Positions 37,880 to 53,255 are shown, counted from the first letter of the stretch. The stretch: DNA of 64,000 nt from Eledone cirrhosa (GCA_964016885.1 OZ024752.1:19592001-19656000); one strand, 5' to 3'. Translations and numbers: made by a program. Notes: generated by a model not told the origin, from the sequence alone.

Positions 37880-38871
37880 TATATAAGTTTTAACTCTAAT
37901 CATCCTAGATCTATTAAGAACACTATTGTCAATAGCGACCAGAAACGGATTTCACGCATCTCTGCTAATAAAAATATTTTTGAGGATAAAGCTGAATATT
38001 ATAATGAATCTTTAAATAGAGCAGGGTATTCGAATAAAATTAAATACATTGACAATAATAATAAGGCAAATCACCCTACTATTAATTATAATAAGAATAA
38101 ACAATTTAACTTAAACTCTAAAACAAACAAAAGAACTAGAACTAGAAATATTATTTGGAACTCACCCCCATTCTCTTTAAGTGTTAAAACACCTTTAGCA
38201 AAGCTATTCTTTAAAGCACTAGACAAATGTTTTCCTAAAACCCACAGATAACACTCAATCTTTAACAGACATACTATAAAACTATCCTACTCTACTACTA
38301 TGAATATAGCACAAAATATAAATAAAATTAATAATAGAAACTTAAATTTAAACCCTAACCAAAATAACCATAATAATAATAATAATATTTCTATCAATAT
38401 CCAGTATAATAGTACCGTTCCGAGCAACAACAACTCTGTAAAATGTAACTGTAGAATCAAATCAAACTGCCCTTTACAAAATAAGTGTTTAGATAAAAAC
38501 ATAGTTTATAAATGTACAGTTAAAACTAGTGATAATATATTTAACTATGTTGGTGCCACTTCTACAGAATTTAAACTTCGCTGGAATAACCACAATCACT
38601 CTTTTAGAAGATCTGATAAAAAATCTTCTACTACCCTCTCGCATCTTATAAGGAACTTAAAAAGCAAGAATATAGACTATTCAATATCTTGGAAAACGAT
38701 TTCAAAAGCACCTGCTTACGAAAACACGGCCTTATCAAGATTCTGTAAATTATGTATTGAAGAAATTTTTTATATAATTAATTGTAAAAACTCTATTAAT
38801 CTCAAGACAGAGATATTTAGTTCTTCAAGACATCGCCAAAATCTTACATTCAGAACTATATGTAACTTATA
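37880..38871 (+). pseudogene. Penelope-like element, RT thumb and GIY-YIG endonuclease, 5'-truncated
   Basis: SNHP, PPFS, CNCRIKSNCPL, IVY..YVG, R..NH..SF, CKLC; one in-frame stop upstream; AT-rich 3' region to ~39415. Confidence 0.9.
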
Positions 38872-39484
38872 ATATACTTATAATATTCCTATTAATCTGC
38901 AAAATGATCCTATCTGCTCTAACATTTTATATTTTTAATACTTTTAATATAGTAATATCTCTAAATCATAATATCTCTAAAATTTCTTATAATATATATG
39001 TACGTGTGTATGTGTATAGATATTTATATATATTTATGTACTTCTATATAATTCTAATTTTAATTTAACAAATTTTTTTTAAATTTTCAATTCTTTTTTC
39101 TTCATTTTTTCTTAATTTTTCTTAATTCTTTATTTTTCTGATGACACCCTCTAAAGCTAATCTTTAAATGTAGATTAATAACCATTAATAGTTTTTAGTA
39201 AAATGTATCCTATTCAAGATGATGTTTAAATATTCATATTTCTTTAGACTAAATAATTAATCCCACACTAGCGATTAACAAAAAAAATCGGAGTTATCTT
39301 TCCTTTTTTCAATCATAAAAACTTTTTATACATAACTCCATTAATTTAATTTAATTTAAAACCTTATCAATTTTAACTACCTATTTATTTACATAAAATA
39401 CAAAATCAACATCCCTAGTAACTTATAAGTAGAAGGGATATATATATGCATGTATATATATATATATACACATGTATATATATG

Positions 39485-39523
<39 letters not shown>

Positions 39524-39544
39524 GTATATATATGTATATATATG

Positions 39545-39694
<150 letters not shown>

Positions 39695-39735
39695 GTATAT
39701 ATATATATGTATATATATATATATGTATATATATG

Positions 39736-39813
<78 letters not shown>

Positions 39814-39814
39814 G

Positions 39815-39845
<31 letters not shown>

Positions 39846-39846
<1 letters not shown>

Positions 39847-42800
39847 ATGTCCTGGGTGTGACATTAAACTACATCCAGTGGCAAGGCTCCAGTTCAGGAG
39901 TTCAGGAGCTGTGGGGAATGTGGAGTTACCCCTTAGTTGCATAACTCCCAGGTCTGCTCTGGCCCGGAGTAGTAGTACCTGTTAGGGCCCCATTTATGGG
40001 TTAAATAACTACCTTATTCGAGTGGCGTCGGTAAGGTATTGTCAGCCATTGAAAAGAAATATGGAGAGTCTATCTAACAGCACTAGGGTTAGAGCCCCTA
40101 ATTACACTGTCAACGAGCAGTCTGGTCGTTATGACTCTGCTGGCTTAGAGCCACAGAGAGGGCCAGTGGATGATGGATCAGCTGTCTCTGAGACAAATAT
40201 AAAGAATGCAGTTTTGTCCTGCAGAAGAGCCATCAAAATGGGCACTTTGAATGTGAGGACTATTCGGACGCTGGAGAAGAGAGAGGAGTTGGGACATCTG
40301 TTCGAGGAGAGTGGTATACAGATACTTGCGATCCAAGAACACAGGATCCTACACGATGAGCCTGTGAGGAGTGTGATGATTGGGCAGAGGAGCCAGCTCA
40401 TTACCACATCGGCAGTGAGGAACATGACCAATGCTGCAGTGGGAGGAGTGGGTTTTGTTTTCAGCACAAAAACCAGTCTATTGGTGAGGGAAATAATACC
40501 TGTCTCCCCGTGAGTGTTGAGGGTGACCTTCAATGGAAACCCAAGACTGACAGTCATCTCAGCCTATAGTCCAACCGAGGGAGACAGTGATGTGAGTGCG
40601 GAAGAGTTCCATGAAGAGGTGTGTAGAGCTGTCAACACCACACAAGCATACAACATCCTGCTTGTTTTGGGGGACTTCAATGCACATGCTGGAGGCGAAC
40701 TTGATAGCGACCAACCTAAGGTTTAGGAAGAATCTGGGGAAGATGTGGACCTACATCTCAGATATGCACCTGTCCAAGTCCCAGAATGATTTCATTCTGG
40801 TGAAGAAAAAGTGGCGGAATAGTGTTCTGAACACAGAACCATACAACTATTTCAGTACACTGGGTAGTGACCACCGGCTTGTTATGAGTGAGGTCCGGGT
40901 GAGCTTAAGAAAGAGCAAGGCTCAGCTCCGGAGAGCAATCTATGACTGGGGAGCTTTCAAGGAAGATGATAAGCTACAGGAGAGGTTCACAGTGGAAGTA
41001 AGGAACAGGTTCAGTGCTCTGTGTGGAGAGACAGAGGAGAGAGAGATTGGATGGACTGAGGAGAGTGTGACGAAGAGGTACGGGCACTTCACCAATGCAG
41101 TGGCGGACGCAAGTGAAACCCTGGTGCCGGGGAAAAAGAACAAAAGGAAGCACGTCAGCTCTGCAAACCCAAAAGTGTGTGCAGCCCGAGAACACCTGAA
41201 AGCCGCCAAGGACCAATTCTATGCTGATCCTACGGAGGAGAGGATGGAGGCTGTGGAGGTGATGAGGGAAGAACTCTGTACTGCTTACACTGAGGCCAGA
41301 GAGGAGGCACTGATAGAGAAGATCAGAAGTGTGGAGAGAGCGGTTGACAGATCTAGATGTAAGGAGAGCTGGATGATCATCAACGAGATCACAGGGAGGA
41401 AGAGGTGTTCGAGTCAGATCAAGAGAACGGGGCCCGAGGATAGGAAGAGGAAATGGCTAGACCATTTTAGGACCCTACTAGGAGAGCCACCCTCCACAGT
41501 CCAGAGTACTGGGGAGATCAAGCGGCTGTTTGAGGAACTGGATATTGAGACAGAGCCCTTCACCAGAGAGGAGCTTCAGAGAACCAAGAAGAGGATTAAG
41601 GAGGTTAAGGCTCATGGAGAAGATGGAGTGGCGTCAGAGGTGATGAAGAGGTGTGATTTTGATGATATCATCCTGGGGTTCTGTAACCAGGCACTGGAGA
41701 AAGGAGTTGCCCCGAATCAGTGGAGGATCAGTAACATCGTCCCAGTGCCAAAGAAGGGAGATCTCTCTAACACCAACAACTACAGGGGGATCTCACTGAC
41801 ATCACTTGTGACAAAGACCCTCAACAGGATGATTCTTAACAGGATCCAGCCTTAGATGAAGAAGAAGCTCAGGGACAACCGGAACGGCTTCAGAGAGGGA
41901 AGATCAACCACCAGTCACATCCTGATGCTGAGGAGGATATTAGAGGGAGCTAGAGCAAAGTGCCTTCCTGCAGTCATGTTTTTCATTGACTTTAGGAAGG
42001 CCTTTGATTCTGTGGACCGTCACTGCCTGATGAAGATCTTAAAGGCTTATGGAATCCCCAAGAAGATAGTGGACCTGATATCACTGCTCTACACCAACAC
42101 CAAAGCCCAAGTCATTACACCTGATGGGATGACAGAGTTCTTTGAGATACTGGCTGGAGTGCTCCAGGGAGATACATTGGCTCCTTACCTTTTTATCATC
42201 GTAGTGGACTAGTGTATGTGCCTTGCACTGGAGAAACACCAGGACTCTGGCTTTACTGTAGCACCGGCTCAGAGCAGAAGAGTTAAAACGAAAAAGGTAT
42301 CAGATGCTGAATTTGCCGATGACATAGTTTTGGTGACAAATACAGTGAAGGAGGCAGAGGATTTGATGCAGGAGGTGGAGACTGTGTCGATGAGTGTGGG
42401 GCTGAGAATGAATGAGACTAAAACAAAATATCTGGTAGAGAATGTTGAGAAGCCAGAGGGGATCACTAATGTAGGCGGGAAGCCGCTAGAATTGGTTGAG
42501 GACTTCCTGTATTTGGGAGCAAAGATTGGGAATACGGAAGATGATGTGGTTGAGAGGAAGAGCAAAGCCTGGGCGGCGTGCCACAGCTTGAGATCGGTGT
42601 GGAAGTCGGACCTTCGTAAAGACCTGAAAATCTGCCTCTTCGTTTCTGTAGTGGAGTCTGCTGTATGGGTCTGAGACTTAGACACTGAACAAGAAACTCA
42701 CTCAGATGGTGGATGGGTGCTACACGAGAATGCTGAGAATGGCTCTGAACATTAATCAGTATACACTGAGGATGAAAAACTCAGAGCTGTATGGGAGCCT

Positions 42801-43070
42801 CCTAAAAGTCAGCTCAAAAGTGACACAGAGGAGACTGAGGTTAGCTGGACATGCTCACGGACATCCAGAGTTGACATTGCACTCAGTGCTCCTGTGGGAG
42901 CCCCTACATGCACACACTGGAAGAGGAAGACCAAGGTTAACGTATGTTGATGCTCTAAGGACAGACACTGGTCTGTTGGAGACGCAGGACATGGCAGCGA
43001 TAATGAGGGACAGAGACCGCTGCAGAGAAGTTGTCCATGGATCTCGGGAATTTTACCCGCCCTAGATAGA
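39846..43070 (+). mobile_element. Near full-length RTE-X-like LINE (APE + RT, no PHD), decayed
   Basis: GTLNVRT, AIQEHR, SAYSPT, GDFNAH, SDHR, NYRGISL, DFRKAFDS, QGDTLAP, FADD, RLRLAGH, GRPRLTY; stop runs directly into a TAGA/TA tail. Confidence 0.9.
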
Positions 43071-43074
43071 TATT

Positions 43075-43148
<74 letters not shown>

Positions 43149-43149
<1 letters not shown>

Positions 43150-43670
43150 CTGTATATATATAAATCTGAAAATTTCTGTGTATATGTGTGTATGTGTATA
43201 TGTGTGTCAAGCTTTTTTAATGAGGGCTCATATATTCTAAACCATTCATGCGATTTCTTTGAAATTTTTTACATTTCCTTGCACAACACCTGTACATGAT
43301 CTACAAGGGCTTTCAAAAATCGATATTGGGACCTTTGGAGACATTAAAAAAGATTCGGTTATTTGTGTGGATTTTCGTGATTAAGTAACACAAGAGTTAT
43401 GTTTCCTAATCAAGAGTTATCTTTCATAATTAGTCTCAGTCGGGTTTTAATTTACTCTTTCTACTTGAAACAAAGATAATAACTTCACAACCAGCAATTT
43501 ATACTACTTGAAACAGATAATAACAATATCATTTCGCTGGAATAGTGCCTAAGGTTTTCATGTTTGCATAAAGTACGTTTTTCTTCTATGTATTCAAATT
43601 TACATTGTTTAGTTTAATGAGCTACATCGAAAGCTACATGAACCGTCCAAAGTACGGGTAGTTTAGCTAG
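43149..43670 (+). mobile_element. Non-autonomous Helitron
   Basis: A|TC 5' end followed by TATATATAAA and a GTGTATGT tract; CCGT..ACGG hairpin and CTAG|T 3' end. Confidence 0.7.
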
Positions 43671-43840
43671 TGTATATATATATATATGTACGTCAATACT
43701 CATCTTTTTCCATTTCTCTGAGGGTTCTTAACCCCACTATCAGGCTAAATAATTTCTTTAATTTCTTTAGTCAAAATAAGGCGGTAGCTTACATTTCTAA
43801 TAATTTCAAACCCACTCGCTGTTTCGAAAATATTCTTAGT

Positions 43841-43902
<62 letters not shown>

Positions 43903-43956
43903 TATGTATATATATATATATATATATATTTATGTATATATATATATATATATTTT

Positions 43957-43994
<38 letters not shown>

Positions 43995-44158
43995 ATAACA
44001 ATAAATCGTTAAAGGTAATCCGATAATAGTCTGTGAAAGCTATTTATCATGTTTAGCAATTTATAGACAATTCTATCATGGAAACAATTGTAAGACTGTA
44101 AATAAATATCCTTGTTTGTGCTGTTAAGCATGTTATTCATCACTTATATAAATAACTT

Positions 44159-44199
<41 letters not shown>

Positions 44200-44203
<4 letters not shown>

Positions 44204-44810
44204 GTGGCTGCCAACTCGTTTTCGAGTACGGCCACTACTTTATATCCATGTAGGAGAACCCCTACTGATGCGCTGAACGAGTGTGACTTTTTAGTCCAGC
44301 CAGCGACTTGAAAGCTCTGGTACAAACACTACACTTGTGACAATTATTGACACATAGTGCTGGGCCCATGGTACCATGTGACGACAAATGCAGAGAGATC
44401 TCCAGATATAAAGCAATGCCTGTGCCGTGAAGCTTTTATAGTGAGCAAAGGCACTGCACAAAGCCAGTCCCACTCTCTTAACCAAGATGATATTTACCAA
44501 AAAGAAGAACAAGTCAACATCATTGGATACCATCAGGGTTGCAGGTGTTATATCAGAGTTTTCCTTCTCCTAGAATTCTGCCTTGACAAAGGCTAAGGGG
44601 TCATCTCTCCCGGTGATTTTGGATGGCCATTGACTCTTAAGAGCTCCTTTGCCTTTTGACAGGTTTTGTTTTTAGTCCTGCAGGATGTCCAAAGTCACCC
44701 TCCTCACCAAGAAACCTTGGTGGGGTTGCCAGTTTAGTCGCCAACGACCCGACCATGGGACAGGTTGTACTGGAATACATGTTACCAGTAGCACCAACTG
44801 GTGACCTGAC
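44200..44810 (-). mobile_element. Non-autonomous repeat, complete copy
   Basis: Near-identical reverse complement of 53433-54042; flanked by (TA)n. Confidence 0.85.
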
Positions 44811-44955
44811 ATATATATATATATAAGGGAGAGAATTGGGAGTGTGTAACACTCCACTTATCAAATAGGCAGTATATGGTTAGCTCAATGTCAGAGGACA
44901 GAGCCGTAATACAATTAACAACAAAGAGCGCTTAGAACATAGGTATATCTTTAAT

Positions 44956-45001
44956 TGCTAACAGTGTTTCGTCCACACTAGAAGTGGGACTCTTCAGAGC
45001 A
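44956..45001 (-). ncRNA. Hammerhead ribozyme in the PLE 3' pLTR (element sense)
   Basis: TGCT-CTGAAGA-GTCC/GGAC-GAAA-C-act-G-TT-AGCA. Confidence 0.8.
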
Positions 45002-46604
45002 TAAAGAGTAAATACATAGTATACAAGCATTGACAAAGCCAAAACAGAAGAATATATGTGGGGATACCATAAGTTGGGAGGAGTTTAAAGAGTAAAGTAA
45101 AAGGAGTAAAAAGGAGTAAAATAAGAAAAGAGTAAAATAAGTAAAATAAAAATAAAAATAAAAATAAAAATAAAAATGAAAAATAAGAAATGTTATCACT
45201 CACAGTTGGGCAGGGTTCCGTTAACATACAGCTACATACAAGTATACGCATAAGCATGAGCACCCGCATGCACCTACACACAAGCACCCGTATGCAACAC
45301 ATACAGTATACACTAATACAAAAAACATATCATAGACGGATGGGCACAAGTTAAGAGATAGAGATAGATAAAAAATAGATAAGAGGTAGATAAAAAATTA
45401 GATAAAAAATAGATAAAAAATAGATAAAAAATAGATAAAAATAGATAAAAAAATAGATAAGAAATAGATAAAAAAAATAAATAAAAAATAGATAAAAGAT
45501 AAAAAATAAAATAAAATAAAATAAAATAAAGTAAAGTAAAATATACACCAGAAGATAAATAAAACAATACACCAAAAGAAATGAAGTAAAATATACACCA
45601 TAAAGGAAGGTGTGGGTAAAGATAAGACTGGCATATGCATAAGCTATCAAGCTATGTTCAACAAGTGATATACGTACAATATATAAAATATACAAAAATA
45701 TATATAAAAAATATATATAAAAGAGACGTATATATAAGGATATATATATATATATATATACACATATCAGTCCAAGTAATGCATATTTATAAAAATGTAA
45801 CTGGGGGTAAAAAGATGTAATAAGGGTAATCAAGATGGTAATTATTAGGGCATGTAATACTAATATTATTATAGAAATCCTAAGGTGACACTAGTGTTGA
45901 CTCATGGTGATATATGGAATATATCAGGAGCACACGAACGCCTTAGGTGTTGCAGTTAGCCGCAGTTCAACAAGAGAGTGTTCGAATGAGATTTTTTATG
46001 AACAGATGCTATGTCCGCACTAGATTGAGTGGACCATTACAATGCAATGGAAACATCCCAGGTTGGACAGTCCCAAAAGTTCACACTCCAAAGTTCAATC
46101 CACAGGTGTGCATTCATAGAGTTGAGCGGTTGGGCAATCCCCAAAAGTTCACACTCCAAAGTTCAATACATAGATGTGCATTCACAGAGTTGAGCACTCA
46201 GGCAAGAATTAATTGATTAACAAGGTGTATCCGCATCACAAGCAGGAGCATATGCTGGGAAGGTTGCAGGCAAATTCATATACAGCAGCACGAACATCAA
46301 GAGGCAAATAACTGAGGCGCATATTAGTGAGCAGAAGCAGACAAGTGCAGGTGGTAAAACACAGTCAGGTGAAGCAGGTTATTATGCATACCATTTAATA
46401 TAAGAAAACTCAACAACGTGCATAACAAATAGCTTCCAAAGCCGATAACCACAAAATCACAACATTGAGCAACAATCCGGCATCGCAAGAATGTACGCAA
46501 CATTAGGGTTAGTCCAGAGACAGTATATGTATACTTATACATACACACATACACACAAACATGTATATACAGAGACAGTATACATACACATATATACAGA
46601 GACA

Positions 46605-46641
<37 letters not shown>

Positions 46642-47587
46642 CACGTATATACACATAAATATATACATACACACACACACACACACACACACCGCACCGG
46701 ACACCCAAATCTACGCGGATATATTACACAAAATATCTTACCCAGCTAACAAAAGTCAAAAACCCATAACAGTTGCTCTCACTGGTCGCAGATAATGTAG
46801 TTTCACAGTAAATTAGCCAGAGTAATCACGATTAATATTCAAAATAAAACCTTATGAGGAGATGCGTATTCACACGTGTAGTCACCAGATTCAAGTATAA
46901 ACAAACCGTTAATAAATACAGAAGGCTATCGAGGCCAAGACGTTATTCTTGGGAGAATAACACAGAGCGTCAATCTATGGGAGGCCAACTATGCCAAAAA
47001 TACAACACCGGGCAAAAACACCCCAAAGTCAGCATGTAGACTGTGAACCGCAGAATAGGAGGGTAACACATACATGTACACCATATCTGCCGCCCACGGC
47101 GAGATGGCACAGGTCAGCTCACAGTGACTGGCTAAATCTCCGTCCCATATGGGCACAGGCCCATTGGTTCACTCCGAGTCAACAAGGTAATTTAAATAAA
47201 CTAAAATAAGATAAAATGCGAGGGGCAGGTTAAATATAATCAATTGTGCATCTTATAACGCAGTACACACTCTACATAGATGTATTACATCACAACTCAT
47301 GAGCATACAAAGGTACAAATCCATACAATACACGTTGGGATAGACCCACCAATGCACAAACACACACACGGTGGCTGGGCAAGTATGGAAGGGTCACATC
47401 CACTGTACCGAACAAGGGTGCTTATTAACATATACACCAACTCACGTATACACCTCGATATCCAAATTCCATATTCACATGCAGGCATACATATACACAC
47501 AGACACATATACAAACAAGACAAACAATAGGAGACAATTACACTAGATTACCCAACTGGAGAAATCTGAAAGTGCTAGCTAATAGGC

Positions 47588-48323
47588 TTAAAGTAAAAGA
47601 AAGAGCTTAATATCCGAGGAAAATATTTCTGACTTTCTATTTAGTAGGGAGCACTTGGCAAATATAATAGAGTGGGATTCCGTAAGGCATAGGTTACATA
47701 CTCTATTATGAGGAGTATATGGATGGGATTTAGCAACTTGCCGCCAAGTGAGGGTGTACTGTGTTCGTGCATTTTTTAAATTGTGGACGTGCGCTGCCAA
47801 GGAGGTAGAATTCTTCAGTTTATTATGTCGAAATGTACACTGGTGAGAGTTAAATCTGGTTTTAAAAGGGGTGGAAGTTGATCCAATATAAGTTTTAGTG
47901 GACGCAGTAGTTACCACATCACACGCATAAACTATGTTTCTAGTAAGGCAGAAACCATTCAGGGGGCAGCCCGAAGCCCTTCTACAGTTACAATTTCTGG
48001 TGATGCTATTATCTAAATGATCACCAGCTTGCTGACCACGGGTGTTCAGGCTACCTCTGTCGACTCCAATGTTTTCCCCTAGGCGTAAGGTGTCGAGGCC
48101 TTCCTTAATTTTCTTATTATTGGTATTGGCTAGATGAGAGGCCAGATTTTGGGTTGTAGAATACGAGAGTTTAACCACATTCTTATTGAGGATAGAATGG
48201 TACCTATTACCAGGAGGGAAGTTCCTTTCTAACACAGAGAAGAAGGCCCTAGGAATATTCGTAGCCACTTCGGAGTTAAATGGGGGGTTAAAATATGTAT
48301 TCAATCTTCATCTATTCTTTTTA

Positions 48324-48360
<37 letters not shown>

Positions 48361-49674
48361 TATTATTATTATTAATTCCATTGCTAAGGTTACTATGTTC
48401 ACCTAATCTATGCGGGGAGCTAAGAGGCCTACCGTTACTGTTACTTAGTCCATTGGTACCCTGTTGGTGCATTTTACCGGCATTCAAAACCCTCTTGTTC
48501 GAAACACCTCTATTACCAATGGACATATTATGTGTTATAACAACACTGGTGGAGCTACTATTTGGACTATTATTTCCCTGGACATAATGTAATTTGTCCC
48601 TAAAGCCGGATCTAGCTAAGGCATCATTATAATAATCAGCCTGCGAGTTAAACGCCTCTTCGCTATGTGAGAGTGAACTTATTCTGTTAGAGACCCCCTT
48701 CAATATACCACCGATGACCGACTTAGGGTGGTTGGAGTTAGTATTCACATAAGTCAGCAATTCATTAGGCTTATGGTACGGTGTGTACGTATGGTTACCT
48801 AAGTCCAATGTAACATCAAGGAAGTTGACAGTCCTATCATTTATATCCATAGTAATGGACAGATTGAAGGTTTTAAAGAATTTATACAGCTTTTTCCTAA
48901 TGCGCACTATATTATACTTGCTAGCATCTATGGAGAGTAGGGCATCATCACGGTACAACCCACCCCTAAGGAATGGGAAGTTACTATGTAGTTCAGTAAG
49001 GAGGTAGAGCCCAACTAAGTCGGTGACCTGAGCAGAATCACTTGACCCCATAGTAATGTCAAAATTATCCGGTGTGTTTTTTCTCGTCCATAAATTATCC
49101 TCAAACATAATGATGGTTTTACGTGCAGCAAGAACGATATCTATCTGTGGCCGTGTAATGACCCCTCTCTGCATGGCTAGGATAAGGGCCTTATTGAGGA
49201 TGATAGGAGATATAGATGTATAATAAGCATCAATATCAAATTGGATAAACCTAAGCGAATCACGCCCACAATCCGTAGAAAACCACCTAATGACTTCACT
49301 AGTATTACCCCAAAGCTCAAGGAATGTTTTTTCTTTAACCAGAGGAATTACGCTATCTAAGATTCTCTTACTTATAATCCCAAAATCAGACTTGGAGGGG
49401 CAGATAAGCCTAACTGAGGGGCTACTAATAAAGTTTTCCTTATGGTCCTTAAGGGTGAATCTAGGCTGTTTGGGGTAATATGGTTGAGTGTGTTTATCTA
49501 GACCTAATTTTACTACTATGTTATACCCCTCTAGATTAATATTATCTAAATTACTCTGCGTTGTTTTTTTGTAGTTCCTATGTAGTTCATTATAAATGAA
49601 GCCACGATAAGTTTTATAATCCATACTATACAGGTTTTTAGTTTTGTCGGAAGGGACCAGAATAGATTTATTAT
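47588..49674 (-). pseudogene. PLE reverse transcriptase + GIY-YIG ORF, 5'-truncated, one in-frame TGA (48308-48310)
   Basis: QFDIDAYYTSI, FDITMGSSDSAQV, GLYRDD, NFLDV, SNHP, CNCRRASGCPL, IVY..YIG, CNLC; the two track ORFs are in the same frame. Confidence 0.93.
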
Positions 49675-49896
49675 CCCTGCCCAACTGTGAGTGATAACAT
49701 TTCTTATTTTTCATTTTTATTTTTATTTTTATTTTTATTTTTATTTTTATTTTTATTTTTATTTTACTTATTTTACTCTTTTCTTATTTTACTCCTTTTA
49801 CTTTACTCTTTAAACTTCTCCCAACTTATGGTATCCCCACATATATTCTTCTGTTTTGGCTTTGTCAATGCTTGTATACTATGTATTTACTCTTTA

Positions 49897-49942
49897 TGCT
49901 CTGAAGAGTCCCACTTCTAGTGTGGACGAAACACTGTTAGCA
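49897..49942 (+). ncRNA. Hammerhead ribozyme, inverted copy of 44956-45001
   Basis: Identical motif in the inverted arm. Confidence 0.8.
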
Positions 49943-49986
49943 ATTAAAGATATACCTATGTTCTAAGCGCTCTTTGTTGTTAATTG

Positions 49987-50447
<461 letters not shown>

Positions 50448-50532
50448 TAAGTTATTCCGGGTTGAATCAGAGGTAGCCGCAGTAAGTAAGGTACTCATTA
50501 CATAGCAGAGTATAAAAGTTTTAATATAGAAT

Positions 50533-50583
50533 AGCTTCTACAGGACTAGAACTGTTTCATTCGTGAGAAATCATCAGGAAGCT
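50533..50583 (-). ncRNA. Type I hammerhead ribozyme
   Basis: AGCTTC-CTGATGA-TTTC/GAAT-GAAA-CAG..CTG-TA-GAAGCT; perfect stem I; family also seen as stubs at 35384-35537 and 58700-58820. Confidence 0.85.
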
Positions 50584-50931
50584 GACTGTCCAAGTAAATT
50601 TGGTGGTATTTATATCTTTTCAGGTGGTAGGAGAGAGTGGGGAGTGGGATGGGTGGAGGTCATTGGTTGAAAGAAAAGGGAATTCTTTAAAAGCTAATTC
50701 TTTAAAGCTATAATTTAAATTTAGAGTGACAAAAGCAGAAAGAATTCTATAAACAAGTTCAGAATGGGGTGCCACTCCTTATTTTTAAGTTTCTCTTAAG
50801 CTAACAATGCCTATATTTCAGGTGTCTATAAGATGGGTGGAGGTCAGTCATGGTTGATGGGTTTAAAGAAGGGGAATTCTTTAAAGCTTTACTTAGAGTG
50901 ACAAAGGCAGAGAGAATTCTATAAAACACAC

Positions 50932-50988
50932 TTTTATCTGATGAAAGCGTACCAAAGTTTTGGTACCCTTGAAATATATATAATAGAA
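50932..50988 (+). ncRNA. Hammerhead ribozyme (TATATA stem III family)
   Basis: TTTTAT-CTGATGA-AAG.GTACCA/TGGTAC.CTT-GAAA-TATATA-TA-ATAGAA. Confidence 0.75.
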
Positions 50989-51086
50989 TAAATATAGTTT
51001 TATAAATATAGTTTCCATTTATTTATTAGCATTGAATATTATACTCCAGAAAACTTGTCGAGTGCTCTGAATCAGTTATAAACATT

Positions 51087-51139
<53 letters not shown>

Positions 51140-51350
51140 TTTCTGAATTTGTTTAGCAAGATTCTTTATCTGAAATCGTGTGCTGAAACCGATATTGTTA
51201 TACTTTGGGAGGGTCATGTTGCCAATAAGAAACACACGCACCAGTTGCTTTCACTTCAATTTAATTTATTATATATTTATAAATTTACAAATTTATAAAT
51301 TTCTGGTTGGTTGGTTGGTTCCACAACCAGATAGTTGTTTATATATATAT

Positions 51351-51395
51351 AGTCATAGTTCTTTCGTCACACACTCTGTGACCTCTTCAGTGACT
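51351..51395 (-). ncRNA. Hammerhead ribozyme in module 51138-51480 (inverted arms 51192-51233 / 51439-51480)
   Basis: AGTCA-CTGAAGA-G-GTCACA/TGTGAC-GAAA-GAAC-TA-TGACT; one extra G after A9. Confidence 0.7.
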
Positions 51396-51473
51396 GGGGA
51401 TTTCTTTCTTTCCTCGTTTCTGTGCCTTTCCTTTCTTCTGTTTCTTATTGGCAACATGACCCTCCCAAAGTAT

Positions 51474-51557
<84 letters not shown>

Positions 51558-51684
51558 GTATATATATGTATATATATATATGTATATATGTATATATATA
51601 TCTATATATGTATATATATATATGTATCTATATGTATGTATATATATATATGTATATATATATATGTATATATGTATATATATG

Positions 51685-51747
<63 letters not shown>

Positions 51748-51837
51748 CTATATATATGTATATATATGTATATATATATGTATCTATATATATATGTATA
51801 TATATGTATATATATATGTATATATATATATGTATAT

Positions 51838-52760
51838 ATAGCTTGGTCTAATTGATTTTTTATATGGTTAGTTATGCTAATTGGAAGAAGAATTGGTATA
51901 TATTTTATCTAATTGGAAGAAGAATTGGTATATATTTTATCTAATTGGAAAAAGAATTGGTATATATTTTATCTAATGATTCTAAGGACATGATTTATGA
52001 TATATTGCTCTGATTATTTAATTTATTAATTCTTCATAGAGCTTAAAAGTGACCGGTTGCAACATATATATCTATAACTTTATGTATATGTAAACCTTTA
52101 TATTTAATAATCTCCCGTTAGGTTGAGATTCATTTTGGCGATATTTGGCTGCGCTTTCTAGCAACAAGCCTACCCGCCGTAAGCAACCAATCACATTCTT
52201 TCTAGCTTGACCACAGCCACATAGCGATGCTTAGCCATTTTTAAATCTAAATTTGGCGCGATCGGGTTGGAGAACTAGATGTCTGATTTTGAGTTTGTCT
52301 CCTGATGAATCCTAACTCAAGACATTCCTATTAATTGGATGTCTAAAAATACGGATGAAACCATGGTAGTGATATAATTACGGTATGTACACATTTCTCC
52401 TAAGTTTAATTTTACACCTAATTGTGTATGGTTGATGGTATATTTAGTCAGTTTCTACATGCTGTCGAAATGTTGGATAAATACTCTATTGGGGCCACCG
52501 CGAAGAGGCCACTTTCGGTTATTTGTCGGAGATTTCTTCATAAGAGCCTTTCTTCTTATAGCTTGGTCTAATTGATTTTTTATATGGTTAATTATGCTAA
52601 TTGGAAGAAGAATTGGTATATATTTTATCTAATGATTCTAAGGAGATGATTTATGATATATTGCTCTGATTATTTAATTTATTAATTCTTCATAGAGCCT
52701 AAAAGTGACCGGTTGCAGCATATATATCTATAACTTTATGTATATGTAAACCTTTATATT
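51838..52760 (+). mobile_element. Non-coding Penelope-type element with direct terminal repeats
   Basis: 51838-52105 is repeated at 52558-52760 (offset 720 nt, including a 33-nt unit in triplicate). Confidence 0.75.
52296..52374 (+). ncRNA. Type I hammerhead ribozyme
   Basis: TGTCTC-CTGATGA-ATCC/GGAT-GAAA-CCATGG-TA-GTGATA. Confidence 0.8.
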
Positions 52761-52868
52761 TATATATATGTATATATGTATATATATGTATATATATATG
52801 TATATATATATGTATATATATATGTATATATATATGTATATATATATGTATATATATATGTATATATG

Positions 52869-52925
<57 letters not shown>

Positions 52926-53160
52926 GTATATATGTATATGTATATATGTATATGTATATATGTATATATATATATGTATATATATATATGTATATATATA
53001 TATGTATCTATATATATATGTATATATATGTATATATATATGTATGTATATATATATATGTATGTATATATGTATATATATATATATGTATATATATATA
53101 TGTATCTATATATATGTATATATACGTATATATATATGTATATATATATATGTATATATG

Positions 53161-53191
<31 letters not shown>

Positions 53192-53224
53192 GTATGTATG
53201 TATATGTATATATATGTATATATG

Positions 53225-53255
<31 letters not shown>

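Noticed and set aside
39139-39190. Hammerhead at CTGATGA in the PLE 3' region
   Set aside because: No downstream GAAA or stem III could be paired
48308-48310. In-frame TGA in the PLE ORF as selenocysteine (some Naiad elements encode selenoproteins)
   Set aside because: It lies in a basic KNR*RLNTYFNPPF stretch that aligns with R/K/T residues in the other PLE copy, not a conserved Cys; a nonsense mutation is more likely, and no SECIS was identified
49675-49714. ATG start of the PLE RT ORF
   Set aside because: Comes from the inverted pLTR arm; the element is 5'-truncated
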